Notes: generated by a model from the letters alone, not told the origin. A stretch of 63,039 nucleotides of DNA, filler included, from Octopus bimaculoides (GCF_001194135.2; 5 parts of 5 records of this genome joined end to end with filler, not necessarily neighbours in it); one strand, 5' to 3'. Counted from the first letter of the whole stretch, positions 36,901-51,656 are shown. Numbers and translations: made by a program.

Positions 36901-38414
36901 ACATATATATATATGCATACATGCATATATATATGCATACATGCATGCATGCATGCATGTGCGCGTGTGTGCGCGTGCGCCTGCCTCTGGGTTTGTAATC
37001 TGTATATATATATTTATGTGCGCTGTAGGCGTAAAGTACAACTACGTGAATGTAGGTTTTCTAACTGTGCACATGCACTTCTACATGTCTGTTGTATGTG
37101 TATGTACGTATGTATGTATGTATGTATGTATATGTGTGTGTGTATGTATGTAAGTATACATGCAAGTATGTGTGGGTGCGTGGGTGTGCGCGCAAGCGTA
37201 TATGTACTTAAAAGGTGGGGCGCTGGATAAATAAAAGCACAAAATGCCCTTTGTATGTGCGAATTTGTGCACCTGCTTCGTGTGTTCACGCCTCTAGATA
37301 CCTGTATGTCTTCATGCATGTGTCTGTCTGTGCATGTATGTGCACATTGGATTGTGTGTGTACGTGTGTATGTGTGTATGTACCTGTATGTGCGTGTGTA
37401 TGTGTTTGTATGAGTATGCACGTGTGTCTGTGTGTGTGTGTGTTTGTGCGCTCATGTGTGCGTATGCATGCGTGTGTGTGTGTGTGTTTGTATGTGTAAT
37501 AATAAGAAAGAGGGAGGCCGGGCGGAAGACAGAAAAGTGTCAATGACCCCCAATGTTTGCAGCAGACAGAAAGAAAGAAAAAGACGGAGGAGGAGGGGGA
37601 CGGATAAGACAGTACACTCGTCTACATCACTTGTGACAAACAACCGTCCTTTGTCTCCTTCTCTCTTAACAAAGACGGAAACATTTCCAGGAAAAAGAAA
37701 AGCAGATTCAATAAGGAAAGGGGAAGGAAAAATGAGCGGGATAATGTAATGGGGCTGTTACTAAAATCCCAGGTTCAATTCTCATGGAGTGTATGTATCT
37801 CAATTTTAAAAACTGTTCCACCCGTGGCCATCTAACATTTGTTTACTCAGACTATAAAAATCTACGAAAGCGTTCTATATGCATGTGTCCATCATTGTTT
37901 TGAGGAGAATTTAACTATTATTTCCTAGTAGATCGAGCCACAGTATGACCGCTTACTTCGCTTGGATTATGCTGATGCAGATGTACAGAGGAGTGTATAC
38001 ATATATGTGTGTATATATGTATTAGTGTATGTGTGTATCTACTTGTGTGTGTATGTTTATAATGCACATAGATGCACGGTTATATACTTTATATATTTGT
38101 GTATATATTCATGTATGTATATATTTGTGTATGCATATCTATGTAGGTGTGTGTGTATGTGTGTGTTGGTAGTTTTACATATAATATTACAGATTGATAA
38201 TATTGGGCAATCTTTCAGTAAATGTCTATGAGTCAGTGTGTGACAGAGCCTTTCGTCTGCTCAACACAGCTGAGCAGTCAAACACACGGATACATACGTT
38301 GACTTATGACTAACGTCATGTACGAATACCGAAAGAGTTGCCTAATAATAATTGTGAGGCGCTTCAGTTTCTATCAGAATATCACGGTTTAGATGGTCTT
38401 CGGCTCTACTGTAC

Positions 38415-39050
38415 CATATTGATTTCAAATGTCGGCACAAGGCCAGCAGTTTCGCGGGAGGGTGTAAGTCGATTACATCGATCTCAGTGTTCAACTGGTA
38501 CTTATTTTATCGACCTTGAAATGATGAAGGGCAATGTCGACCTCGGTGGAATTTGAACTGAGATCGTAAAGACGCACGAAATGCTGCAAAGCATTTCGCT
38601 TGGTATGCTAACGACTCTCAAACAAGCCACCTTAACACTACTATATCATATTGATTTCAAATTTTGGCACAAGGCCGGCAAGTTCGGGGAAGGGTAAGTC
38701 GATTACATCGACTCCAGTGTTTTACTGGTACTTATTTTATCGAACCCGCAAGGATGAACGGCTAAGTTAGCCTCGGCAGAATTTGAAATCAGAACATAAA
38801 GACGGACGAAATGCCGCTAAGTATTTTGCCCGGCGTGGTAACAATTCCACCAGCTCACCTTACTCTGCTTATTAACCATTATTAACTTTCGATGCAGACT
38901 GGTCTGTTAAACTCCAGCACTTTAATTTATCGACCTTGACAGAATTGAAAGCAAATTTGACCCCAGCTGGATTTGAACTCAGAACGTAGAAAGATAGAAT
39001 AAATGCTGCAAGGTAGTTTGTCCAACGCTCTAAACCATCGCCCTACCTAC
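38415..39050 (-). mobile_element. Cluster of three SINE A-like copies
   Basis: Reverse-complement matches at about 38415-38635, 38645-38865 and 38905-39050. Confidence 0.8.
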
Positions 39051-39362
39051 CACTGCCTATCCAATTCAATAAAATTTATTTATTGTTGTTTACAAGGAAA
39101 ATGTTTTCGTTGTCCAAGTTGCAATATTTACATATCGCCAGATATTAAATAAATAAAATAAGAAACGTATATAAAAGTGTGATAAAACGAAACAGGAAAA
39201 ACAACGATAATACGAAAAACATCAAAAATAATAAAAGATAAGGATACATGGGCGATATTAATATCGAATAGTGATAAATGTAACCCGAAGAAGGAGAGGC
39301 CCAGCAATGTTGCGAATATATTATTTTATCGAAATGTAATAATGAAAGACCGCATGCAATAT

Positions 39363-39399
<37 letters not shown>

Positions 39400-39421
39400 T
39401 GTGGATGTATGTATATATGTA

Positions 39422-39463
<42 letters not shown>

Positions 39464-39655
39464 CATATAAAAAATATATGAGATATATGTATGTTCGTGT
39501 ATACACACACATACACACATATATATACGTATACATATATACGTTATTTGTTGGTTAATCAGACTACCATTGGTTTCATGTTCAGAGAGATATATCTAAA
39601 CAATTATGCAAGTATGTCACACTATAGATGTTTTCATCCAAGTTANNNNNNNNNN

Positions 39656-39698
<43 letters not shown>

Positions 39699-39837
39699 AT
39701 GTGCACATAATATATAGTTGTGTGTGCGTATGTGCGTGTGCACGCGCTCACACACACATACACACGCACACACAAACACACACATTCACGTGTGTATAGG
39801 TGCTTGCGTGAAATTAAGCTGACGTGCAAACATATAC

Positions 39838-40024
39838 CTGCACAATAGGAATGGTAGAAATCAGTGTCTGAAAAACTGCTAATATCCTCTGCCTTAGAGA
39901 AGCACGGACAAATCTCAGAAACCTATATGAACATGCTTCTACGTGGTTATTCAATCCGTTAGACATGATTGCTAAATTGTTCCTCTCATCATAATCTGTC
40001 GTCTTCGATAACACGATAGTCACA
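39838..40024 (-). CDS. Candidate exon, ...DYDERNNLAIMSNGLNNHVEACSYRFLRFVRASLRQRILAVFQTLISTIPIVQ
   Basis: 62-codon frame bounded by an upstream TAA, with donor CAG/gtatat; the acceptor is weak. Confidence 0.25.
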
Positions 40025-40232
40025 CTAGATTACATTTGGTACTTGCTATTCGGCTCCGAGTAGATGTGTCTAGTTTTTCCTGAAGCACTTTGTCCTCCTA
40101 TTTGGTTATTCACTCATGGAGGATTGGAAACAGTTGTTCTAGTGGTTTCTTCGATGTCTTGCTGTTAAAGTGTTGTGAAATACTGATAAATGGACATATT
40201 GACAGTATGTGGCTACGCAGAAGAGTATAGGT

Positions 40233-40442
40233 CAGCGATTCTCACCGGTGGGGTCAGGGAAAATTGTGGAGGAGCAAGAGATCCAAAATTTTTTCCTTTT
40301 TTTGTGTGACATTAGAATTGCGAATATCTTCTTTTCACAGCAAACATACGACACATATACTTTTTTCCACCCACCGGTGTGGCATACATTTTTTCTGGAA
40401 GGTTATCAAGGGGCTTGGGGGGAAATAGTTTGGGAAACACTG
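40233..40442. mobile_element. hAT (Charlie-like) MITE
   Basis: CAGCGATTCTC...GGGAAACACTG ends with 8-bp flanks GTATAGGT / GTTTAGAT (degenerate TSD). Confidence 0.6.
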
Positions 40443-40479
40443 GTTTAGATGCTCTGTTGTATTAGTTTTGTGGATACAT

Positions 40480-40660
40480 GAAAGACATATTGGCCCCCGC
40501 TCTTAGTAGATGTCTCTGTCACAACTGACAGTTGATTGGGAACATTTTCCGGTGTGTTAGTGATGGTAGGCTAACCGAGGAAAGAACAAGGAGATACATC
40601 GTTGATAATTATTGGCCCATGACTCTGCAGAACGCAGTGTTTAAGAATTTGGGGGCACAT
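40480..40660 (+). mobile_element. Tx1/L1-like LINE RT N-terminal fragment
   Basis: DNYWPMTLQNAVFKNLG resembles N.RPITLLN.D.KILAK. Confidence 0.5.
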
Positions 40661-40779
40661 TCTGATTTACACATACACACATCTCTACGCAACGAGTAAT
40701 ATTGTTACGTAGGCTTTGTAGATCGAGCAGGGTTAAACTATTAAAAAGAAAGGGGAAGCGAAATGAGGAAGGCAGTGGA

Positions 40780-40958
40780 GACCTATTTACAACAGAGCCG
40801 ACTTGAGCTGGAGTTCCTCAATATCAATCAGGTGGTGTTATTAAACTGGACACCTATCTGCCACCTAGCAAAACATAGAATTCATGCAATGGCTTCTACA
40901 CAGTTTCCTGTCGGCAACGTTCCTTCACAGTTTTGACAATGTTATATAAAAGACCAGT

Positions 40959-41003
<45 letters not shown>

Positions 41004-41077
41004 NNNNNNNNNNNNNNNNNNNNNNNNNNNNNNNNNNNNNNNNNNNNNNNNNNNNNNNNNNNNNNNNNNNNNNNNNN

Positions 41078-41127
<50 letters not shown>

Positions 41128-42150
41128 TCATCACGGACTGAAACCTTAAGCATTTAGGGTGAGTTGAAGGTTTTTAGCGGTGCGTTGTTCATAAGTAGAG
41201 TGTTATAGTCCACTACTTTAGTAGGTCTGTGATTGTACTGGGACTGTTGAAGGACAGCTTGTAATGTTACACAGTGGAGGACACTTTTAATGCTTCTGCT
41301 AATGTTCAGCCGCCACGCAGATTTGATACTTATGTTACGTTAAAGTGGTTCATGGTTGTATAATCTGATGCTTCATATACTCTCACTAATGATTCATTGT
41401 AGTATAGCTTGGCACTCCATCTCTAATACTCTCCCTCAATATAGTCAAATGATCTATTACTCTTTTCCTAAATATAACCGTATTTTCTAGTCCTCTTCTC
41501 TTAATACTCACCTTCAATATGGCCCTATATATTTTATTACTCTTCTAACATTCTTCCTCAATCTCAGAATGCATTATGGTAATTAACTTGATGATGATTA
41601 ATTATTTCATACTACTTACAAACATATGAACAGTTGATGAAACAAAGAAAATTAATTGGCTAAAATATATTAAATTATTTTTTAAAAAAAACCTTTCTTT
41701 GCAATGAATGAAATTTAATAAAGATTTATGACTTTAGTGTAGGACAAGAAATTTGTAGCAGAAGAGTATAACGAAGTGAATCCACCCCAATATCTGTCTG
41801 GTACTGAATTGGCGTCAAATATAAGTCGACTTGGGGAAAATCAATGGTTGGATTAGAACTCGGGATCTCATTTTAATGTTTTAGTCAGACAAGAATAGAG
41901 GATGATAGTGGAGGCTTGTTTACAAAGAGCCGACTGAGCTAAAGATACTCAACATCAGGTAGTATTATTAAACTGGGTAATGGATTATGTCAACCATCTA
42001 TCAAAGCAGAAAATTCATGCAAGGGCTTCTACACAGTTTTCTACTGCCAGCGTCTCTCCACAAAGTTCGAGTTGAAGGCAATTACCCAAGCTGCAATACA
42101 ATGGAATCGAACGCAAACTTCATGACTAGCGAAGCGAACTCTTAACTGCA
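40780..42150 (-). mobile_element. Two diverged copies of a SINE B-related repeat (40780-40935, 41900-42150)
   Basis: Mutual similarity (AGAGCCGACT..GAGCT, AATTCATGCAA.GGCTTCTACACAGTTT) and resemblance to the reverse complement of the SINE B head. Confidence 0.6.
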
Positions 42151-43009
42151 CACTGTAAGGTGCGAATATCCGTTACTTTAGCATTTCTGTTGATCTCGGA
42201 TGTACTAATTAATTATATAGCAAATTATTTAATTTCAATTGGTAAACAGAGCTTGAGAAAAAGTTAAAGAGTGCATGTATTAATAAATTGGTTTTTAATT
42301 CATCTGAAACGATTCTATTTCACATGTAATTTGGTCAGTTGTAAACCTCAAATATGTTTACTATAGACTCCCTTGTTTAACACGTAACTGCATATTTGCA
42401 GAGGGCGACGAGTAGTGGGAGACGTGGATAAGGATAATTGGATCAACACTGGATATTCATCAGCCCCGTCACATCCGTAAGATGAAAGACAGAATTAATT
42501 AAAAAGGGTGTACTAGAGTGGAGGTGGGTTGTGACTCACAATATGCAAAGAATTCTAAACCCCAGTATTCGATTGCTGCTTATTTTATTGAGCCTGGAAA
42601 GATAAGAGTCAAAGATAGCCCTTGGTTGGATTCTAACATAGAACGTAATGAGAGTACATTAAAGGCCTCAACTCCCTCAATCCACCCACAACCACCACCG
42701 CCTTCTCCCACCGCTAGGGATGAAACTTAATAATATAATAAATTAAATTAATTTCAGTTTGTAATTATAGCAACATCCAATTTAGGTCAGCAGTGTTGTG
42801 TACTTAATGAAAACTTATTTTAAAATTATGAATACCCACCCCACTCAAAAGCTTGAATTTCGGTTGTTTAGTCCCAGGTCTGCCCTCGTTTAACAGACTT
42901 ATGATCAAAGGTGTTTTAGCTGTGACCATCCTATATTAGTAGCGCCTGGACATGAGAAACTTTACTATAGAGATTATTTTGTGAAGTGTAGCTGGTGGGA
43001 AGTGGTGGT

Positions 43010-43620
43010 TGCGACTTTTGTCTGCCTCTGAGAGGCAGGCAAATAGTTCATTGACAGAAGATGGCTGGTTCGATATGTTAGCAAAATGTTCATCTCATCG
43101 GTATCTGCCGTTTCTGTCTGAGTCATGTTTGGGCGTCATCTCAAAGCAGAGGAGTGAAACAGAGGTCTCTGGACGACCTTCATTGTGTCGAAGAATCGTT
43201 TTAGGTGTCCCTTGCTTGTATAATTCTGAATCTAGCTTGCTTTCGTATTGAATCAGAAAGTTTGCATCTCTAGGATTCTTGTTTGCACTGTATAGCGAAG
43301 TTCATTGAAGGCCGACTCCTTTGTTGATAACAATTCACTCCAATGGCATCGAAGTCACTTCTTAGTTAATAGAATTGGATCTCGTCACTTTCATTGAATG
43401 AATCCTATTGGTTGTAAATGGCGAGTTTCCTAGACGGTATCTTACTATTACTCTGTATTATCTTGTTTCGATGGGGATTTAAGTCATTTGCTGTTCACGA
43501 TGCTAAAGAAGGTGAACAAGATTGTGTAGCCTTTGTGCTTGGATACTCAGAACTTCCAGACACAATTGTATCCATTGATTAAGTGGCTTACTGTAGGGCT
43601 GGATGAACACCACACACGTC
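43010..43620 (-). mobile_element. RTE-BovB-like LINE linker fragment
   Basis: AFNELRYTVQTRILEMQTF*FNTKAS*IQNYTSKGHLKRFFDTMKVVQRP...EHFANISNQPSSVNE. Confidence 0.75.
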
Positions 43621-43885
43621 ACTTAAATCTGTTTTCTCATTCTAACACATTCTTGGCCTCTCTCTTCACCCCTTTTACCGCAGCCACGTCTTTCTATTTT
43701 CAGAGACAAGGAATACAAGAAACTGGACTCATATATATANNNNNNNNNNNNNNNNNNNNNNNNNNNNNNNNNNNNNNNNNNNNNNNNNNNNNNNTTCGTC
43801 CTATGTAAGACACACATGTACACATACATATATATGCAAATGATATACATACGCACACATACACACATGTATGAACGTATGTATG

Positions 43886-43922
<37 letters not shown>

Positions 43923-45243
43923 TATTAAACCTTGGGAGAGGCATTATGCCGGTAATATATATATATTTGTATGTGTGTGTATGTGCGTGTGTATAATAAT
44001 AATAATAATAATACATGAATGTGTATTTATATATACATATACATGATACTTACAAATATATACACTCACATATACATATTTATCCATAACATATACACAC
44101 ATATACACACACACTCACTCACACATATGCATATGATACACACACATGTATATATAGCACATACACAGATGTATCTATGAGCTTCTATGCATGTGTGTAT
44201 GTCTATGTTTGAATGAATGTATATCTATATATCATCACATTGTTTTGGAGAGTTTGCATTGATGCAAAATTACTAACTATAGTGAAATTAAATCTCTTAA
44301 AACCAACGTTTTTAGTCATCAGAGACTCAATAAATCAGCTTACCGGTACCGTAAAAATGTACCACGTGATTATGTCACCATGTGACACGTGTTATTTGAG
44401 AAACAGCCATAACATTTTCTTTAATGCATTCAATGAAAAATTCAAGAAAAGAAATATGTTGCCGGTTTTAAATGTTGATTTAAGATTATTCCTGTTCATT
44501 TATAATATTTTTTTAATGAAATCCTCGGTGAATAATATTTAAGATTGACTAATAAATAAAAGCAAGATGCCGAGGAAAGTAATGATGATGTGTATTGGAA
44601 AATTTGTTATTTTGTAAAGTTTGAGATAGAATTTTAAAAAAATTAGTGAAGTTTAAAAAATGTTTGGCAGAAAATGATTTAAAATTGAGTAAATTTTGAG
44701 AAGTATTTTAATATTTAATAAGAAATTTGAGAGAGGTTGATTTAAAGTTTTCTCACTCAGACGAAGTTTTTCTTAAAATATTGAATATTGTCGTCTCCCT
44801 ACGGTATACGAACTTATCTAAATTTACAAAATTCAGTTAATCTTGATTTTAAAATATTTAATTTTTACTCTATTATCATGTATCTTTGACTTGTACACCA
44901 ACAGTTCAAACACTTCTACCGCCTGGTTTTTTAAAAACATGTCTTTAGAGTTCACTGTCTTTTAAGTAATCTAAATTTTCTCCTAATTTATTCATCACCT
45001 ACGTTTCTATCTTAGAGATACCCAGGCTGGGCTACCAGCCACATAAATTCCTACCAGTCTCAAAGGATCTGCGGAGGAGATGGACACTGCTTCTCCTCGC
45101 CTAACTTATATATGACCCCCCCCCCAAGAAAAAACAATACACTTACATGCACACCAGTTATGTTGCATGATTATCTCTAGACATTAAACGGTGTTTATTT
45201 CTAATATGAGGAAAAGAGAAATTGAGAGAATAAAGGTAAAAGT

Positions 45244-45280
<37 letters not shown>

Positions 45281-45400
45281 TGTGAGAGAGAGAGACAGAG
45301 AGAGTAAGAGAGAGAAAGAGAGAAGGATAGGGAGAGAATAGAGAAAATAAAGGGTAAGGGGAGAATAGAGAGTGAGAAGAGAACAGAGAACATAGAATGG

Positions 45401-45440
<40 letters not shown>

Positions 45441-46036
45441 TAGAGAGTGATGGGAGGTAGAGAGAAAGATAAGGTGATAGAATAGAGATAAGAAATTGTC
45501 TCTGGTGCTGACCCATTTAATGCAATAATGAGACAAAAGATTTTAAATAACTAAGGAGCCATTTTGTGGACGAAGTAATTCTATAGTTTAATTATTAAAT
45601 CTGGTGAAGAAAGACAAGGAAGTTAACTAAAATTTTGCTAAAATTCTAGACATGCAATGGAAATGAGTTCGAGCTTTTGGTAAGTACGAGGATAACTTCA
45701 TGTTTTAGTTTTATAAGTGAAGTACTGTGTTCACTTGAAAGATCTAGAAATGACTGAGTTATATACAAAAGGAGTTGGTGGGAGTAAACACTAATAGATG
45801 TGAAAAATTGAAAAAATAATACTCGGGAGTATTTATTCCAGGTTAACTTGTGTACGGAAAAAAATACTCAGGATATTGTTAATATACTGGAAAATGCAAT
45901 TAATTTTTTTACAAATTAATGCAAACTCTTTATATATTCTATCAGTCATTTTAATGTCCGGCAAGTAAAGACTATACTTCAGTGAGAAGGTTTTAATAAA
46001 ACACGGTTGAACTACGTTCGGAGTCGTCACAATAAT

Positions 46037-46243
46037 CCTTTCTACTCAGGGCCTGAAATTTTTGGGGAGGGGGCCAGTCGATTAGGTCGACCCTAGTACG
46101 CAACTGGTACTTAATTTATCAACCCCGAAAGAATGAAAGGCAAAGTCGACCTCGGCGGAACTTGAACTCAGAAGGCAGCGACGAGCGAAATATCGCTAAG
46201 CATTCCATCCAGCGCGCTAAAGATTCTGCCAGCTCGCCGTCTT
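46037..46243 (-). mobile_element. SINE family A, full length
   Basis: 17-bp TSD GGAGTYGTCACAATAAT at 46020-46036 and 46244-46260. Confidence 0.9.
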
Positions 46244-47352
46244 GGAGTTGTCACAATAATGACAATGGCCAGAGTTGCCCTGTATGTGTCTAGATTTAAT
46301 TTTTGATAGGTTGTCTCCCCTTTTTGATAGTAATTGATCATTAAGCTAAAGGATTTAATTCCTCACCGCATCAAGTACGTTAGCTCACTGGCTTTTCTTC
46401 TGNNNNNNNNNNNNNNNNNNNNNNNNNNNNNNNNNNNNNNNNNNNNNNNNNNNNNNNNNNNNNNNNNNNNNNNNNNNNNNNNNNNNNNNNNNNNNNNNNN
46501 NNNNNNNNNNNNNNNNNNNNNNNNNNNNNNNNNNNNNNNNNNNNNNNNNNNNNNNNNNNNNNNNNNNNNNNNNNNNNNNNNNNNNNNNNNNNNNNNNNNN
46601 NNNNNNNNNNNNNNNNNNNNNNNNNNNNNNNNNNNNNNNNNNNNNNNNNNNNNNNNNNNNNNNNNNNNNNNNNNNNNNNNNNNNNNNNNNNNNNNNNNNN
46701 NNNNNNNNNNNNNNNNNNNNNNNNNNNNNNNNNNNNNNNNNNNNNNNNNNNNNNNNNNNNNNNNNNNNNNNNNNNNNNNNNNNNNNNNNNNNNNNNNNNN
46801 NNNNNNNNNNNNNNNNNNNNNNNNNNNNNNNNNNNNNNNNNNNNNNNNNNNNNNNNNNNNNNNNNNNNNNNNNNNNNNNNNNNNNNNNNNNNNNNNNNNN
46901 NNNNNNNNNNNNNNNNNNNNNNNNNNNNNNNNNNNNNNNNNNNNNNNNNNNNNNNNNNNNNNNNNNNNNNNNNNNNNNNNNNNNNNNNNNNNNNNNNNNN
47001 NNNNNNNNNNNNNNNNNNNNNNNNNNNNNNNNNNNNNNNNNNNNNNNNNNNNNNNNNNNNNNNNNNNNNNNNNNNNNNNNNNNNNNNNNNNNNNNNNNNN
47101 NNNNNNNNNNNNNNNNNNNNNNNNNNNNNNNNNNNNNNNNNNNNNNNNNNNNNNNNNNNNNNNNNNNNNNNNNNNNNNNNNNNNNNNNNNNNNNNNNNNN
47201 NNNNNNNNNNNNNNNNNNNNNNNNNNNNNNNNNNNNNNNNNNNNNNNNNNNNNATTAGCTTCACTCGGGCCACACACACTCACACAACCCACCCACCTAC
47301 ACACACACACACACACACTCACAAATACACAATCCATTAATCTCACTCACGC

Positions 47353-47414
<62 letters not shown>

Positions 47415-47459
47415 ACCGTTCCTTTCATTTAATCTGCTCACACATTTAGTCTGCAAATA

Positions 47460-47790
47460 CATATATAGACGTCCACACATACTCCAATATACCTCTTATC
47501 CACTTCATTTCGCCTCACCCACTTCATTTCTGCTTCATCTAAACTTTGTTACGACACTTTGCTCCCCTAATCTTGATTCTTCCCCGATAAAAACAATTTC
47601 TTCTCTAAACTAATTCCTGATCGCCTGATACTCCTTTAATTTTACAAATAATTCTACTTTCCATTTTCTAATTTTTCTTTGCTCCTCATCTTTCTCCCCT
47701 TAATGTTGATGACAGCACAGTACCCGAAACGTTAGCTCGTCTTTCTTTGCTTCCACACTGTTAAATAAATTAAGTGCACTTCGTCCGGCG
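47460..47790 (+). mobile_element. Penelope-like LTR-type remnant
   Basis: C/T-rich tract followed by degenerate TTGATGA...CCCGAAACGTT. Confidence 0.35.
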
Positions 47791-49025
47791 CTTCTTTTTT
47801 CTTTTTTCTTTTTTATTTCTCCTGGACACACAGACAGACAAGTAAAAGTGCAAAGTAGACAAATGTACATAGAGACCAGGGCGAAAGAAGAGCATTTACG
47901 TTGGTGTTTGATTGAAAGCAGGTTACTTTGATGTTTTATCGCCCAAGGTGGTGTCATATGACAACGTATGGAGAGATAATAATTTACTGAAGTCATGTAC
48001 CTGACACACCCTCTAAAAAAACTGTTGGCGGGGGATAATAGTAGAAGGGTTGGTAAGATAGAATAGAGGGAGAGGAGGGGACAGTGGCAGGTGGGGAAGA
48101 GCTGTAAGAAGAAAGAGTAGTAAGAGGAGGGAGTAACAGGAAAATTAATCTCGTGAGATGCGGTGAATATTGGAAAGAGAGAAATATATGTGTGTATGTA
48201 TGTGTGTATGTATGTATGTATGTATGTATGTATGTATGTGCATGTGCGAGTGTGTATATGTGTGTGTGTATGTGTGTGTGTGTATGTGTGTGTGTGTGTG
48301 GAGGAGAAAGAGACAGAGAGAGAAAAGAGAGCAGTAAAGACGGAAACAATAGTATGAAGTATAGTTTTGTTCAGTGATATGAAATTTCAACTGTTCGTTT
48401 ATCGAAACAGTGACGAATGCGTGATTGTTCATACTGTTCCGAGATGGTGACAGAGACTGTATCTTACATATCAGGTGTTTTTGTTGTTTAACTCCCGAAC
48501 AGCTGAGATTAAACTGACCTATAATTAAAATATTTCAACCGTGTCTGACGCTACAAAACGTGTCTTCTGTATCTTCGAAGAGAATAATGCTTGATTGGAA
48601 TGAAATTTGACTGCCATTTCTAATAGATCGAGTGACCCCAAAGAGGATTTCACGTTGGCAAAATGTCAAAGAGAAGCAATAAAGTTGATTGACAAATTTA
48701 AATTATAGCATNNNNNNNNNNNNNNNNNNNNNNNNNNNNNNNNNNNNNNNNNNNNNNNNNNNNNNNNNNNNNNNNNNNNNNNNNNNNNNNNNNNNNNNNN
48801 NNNNNNNNNNNNNNNNNNNNNNNNNNNNNNNNNNNNNNNNNNNNNNNNNNNNNNNNNNNNNNNNNNNNNNNNNNNNNNNNNNNNNNNNNNNNNNNNNNNN
48901 NNNNNNNNNNNNNNNNNNNNNNNNNNNNNNNNNNNNNNNNNNNNNNNNNNNNNNNNNNNNNNNNNNNNNNNNNNNNNNNNNNNNNNNNNNNNNNNNNNNN
49001 NNNNNNNNNNNNNNNNNNNNNNNNN

Positions 49026-49088
<63 letters not shown>

Positions 49089-49885
49089 ATGTGTAGGAGA
49101 TATAGATATACAGACAGCAGACTTCGTCAAAAGCTCATTTCCGAAAAAAGTATAAAATGCGTCCATTTTCGGGAAAATACAAAACGTAAATTGCCCATTC
49201 GAATTATTGTTACAGATAAAACAATTATTGGCGTCGATACAATGGAATGAAACACTTCAAGTGGTGGTAATCAGATATATATGATCAGAGTTCACTCACT
49301 AAACTCAATAGAAATAGACTACGAGAGAGATGGGAACGCACGTATAACCGTACAGAAAGAAAGACAGAGAGAGAGGTAGAAAGAGAAAAAGAGAATGAGA
49401 GAGATGTCTATATGTAGGTAGATATTTCTGTATGAATGAATATAAATAAAAAATGGAGTAATAAGATAAAAAAGATGAAGATAAGTATCTAAGAAAATAG
49501 GTGAGAATGGAAGATTTGAAAACTAGACGAAGCTGACATTTTGTGGCAAATAGAAAACAAGAAAGTGAAAATGTGTTTTAAATATAAGGTAAACGCGAGA
49601 AACTTTTGGTTGGAAATGAACACTTATGCTATATTTATATAAAATATATTAACATCAATCATAAAGAGACATTCAGATCTATATGAGCGTATACCAATGT
49701 CACACACACACACACACACACACATATTGGATGTATGTGTATATAAAAGCATGCTATGTAGATACCTTCCTTTTCAAACTGTTTCAGAGAAGATATTAAT
49801 GTAATTAAAGGAGTTTTATTTTGTCTTCTTTGCTATTTATACTCTCTCGTCTCTTTTTCTCCACTCCCTCCCTCCCCCTCTTTTT

Positions 49886-49960
<75 letters not shown>

Positions 49961-50299
49961 CACTCTCTCCCTACCTCCCTACCTCCCTCCCCTCCCCTCT
50001 CTCTCTCTATATGTCTATATATATATATACACATATACACATATACATTCATAGATACATAAAACGTAGATATAAACAGATATGTATGTCTATATATATA
50101 TGCGTGTATATATATATGTACACACACTCATGCACGTGTATATATACTATATACACAGATATGTATTATATACGTATATATAGATATGCATTATANNNNN
50201 NNNNNCTATCTGCCTATCTATCTAAATATATATAGTAAAAAAAAACTTCAAAGAGGTTGGTCTCTGTCGGTAAGACGAAAAAAAATCGATGGAAAGAGT

Positions 50300-50930
50300 G
50301 TATTGAACTGTGCCGTGAGGAGTGGAAAGCCCAACGTTTCGGACATTTTTCTTCTTCACGGGAGAAGTTGAAAGGAAAGAAATTAATGAGAGACTACCGA
50401 ATCTTACAGCCTCTAGGTTAAAAAAGAAAAGAAAAAAACTCTGCAACGGACAAAGAACGCAACACCATGTCAGTTTCGTAGTATGAAAAACAGTGTGAGA
50501 AGAAAGAAGAATAGAGCAATTGAATGAGGGGCGGCAGGCAAAGTCTTGTGAGGTGAATGGGAAAGATCAGGTGAGAAGGGACTTAAAGAATGAGAAACTG
50601 GTTAATGATTTAATAGGAGGTGTTGGAGTAGAAGTAAAAACACTCATTAAAACCTGTGAGTGACATAGTTCAATTATAAAACATTGTTCCCAACATTTCC
50701 TTGAGAACGTGGATCCATGGAGTGCGGATAAATGAGTGATGGAATGGCCTGTAGTGTTGATATGAGCGACGACAGATTGGCCTGGAAAACGCAGATGTAT
50801 GCTTTGAAATATGTTCTCGAAAGCGTTTAGTAAAGCATGTTTGTTTTCCGAATATAAAAGGTGCCGTAGAATTTGAATATAATGCAATACACAGACGAGT
50901 GCAACAGAAATTGTGGGTAATATAACAGTG
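50300..50930 (-). mobile_element. Penelope-like element GIY-YIG endonuclease remnant plus 3' region
   Basis: CCTRLC..LY...FGKQTCFTKRFREHI / QSVVAHINTTGHSITHLS...RKCWEQCFIIEL across a frameshift; degenerate hammerhead-like motif at 50329-50365. Confidence 0.7.
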
Positions 50931-50974
50931 TCTGAGGCTCAATGATGGCTGTAGTATTATTGGTTTTAAATTTT

Positions 50975-51180
50975 GGAACAAGGCCAGTAATTTCGGGGTA
51001 GGGAGTAAGTCATTTACTCCCTACAATCGAAACCAGTGCTCAACTGGTACTTATTTTATTGACTCCGAAAAGATGAAAGGCGAAGTCGATCTTGGCAGAA
51101 TTTCAACTCAAAAAGGCGGACAAAATATCGCTAAACATTTTGCCCGGCGTGCTAACGATTCTGTCAGCTCACCGCCTTTG
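50975..51180 (-). mobile_element. SINE family A
   Basis: Reverse complement of the full family A sequence. Confidence 0.85.
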
Positions 51181-51625
51181 GTCCTAATAGTATTATTTAT
51201 GTAAAGATAGGTGTGCATCGTCGGTGAGCGCATGTAAAAGTTCCTGGTTGTATGGGTCAGGGCACTACAGCTTCTTACTATATTCCCCAGGTTCTTTTTT
51301 AAATGCGAGGAGAGGCGCAGCGACATTGCCCCCCCTCCACCCAACACATTCTATTTAACGTCTCAGCTTTCGTTCTGTCTTAGCTCTGCCATATAAACAC
51401 ACTTTTAAAATTTAGTGTCGTATATCTTTTTCTCTTTCTCTTACCGCTCTTAATCTTTTTTTTTTGTCTTTTTGTTAGAGAAGATCTCCTTAAACGTAGG
51501 ATTATCTTCATTGTACATAATTTGTTTGATTGCTTTTGGCTTTATATTTCTACGTTTTTTAGTCACATGTTTCCACATATCTGATTCTATTTATTGCGCA
51601 TACATACATACGTTGCATACCTACA

Positions 51626-51656
<31 letters not shown>

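Noticed and set aside
44213-44542. 109-aa plus-strand ORF
   Set aside because: No splice boundaries or recognisable motifs; begins in a microsatellite-derived tract.
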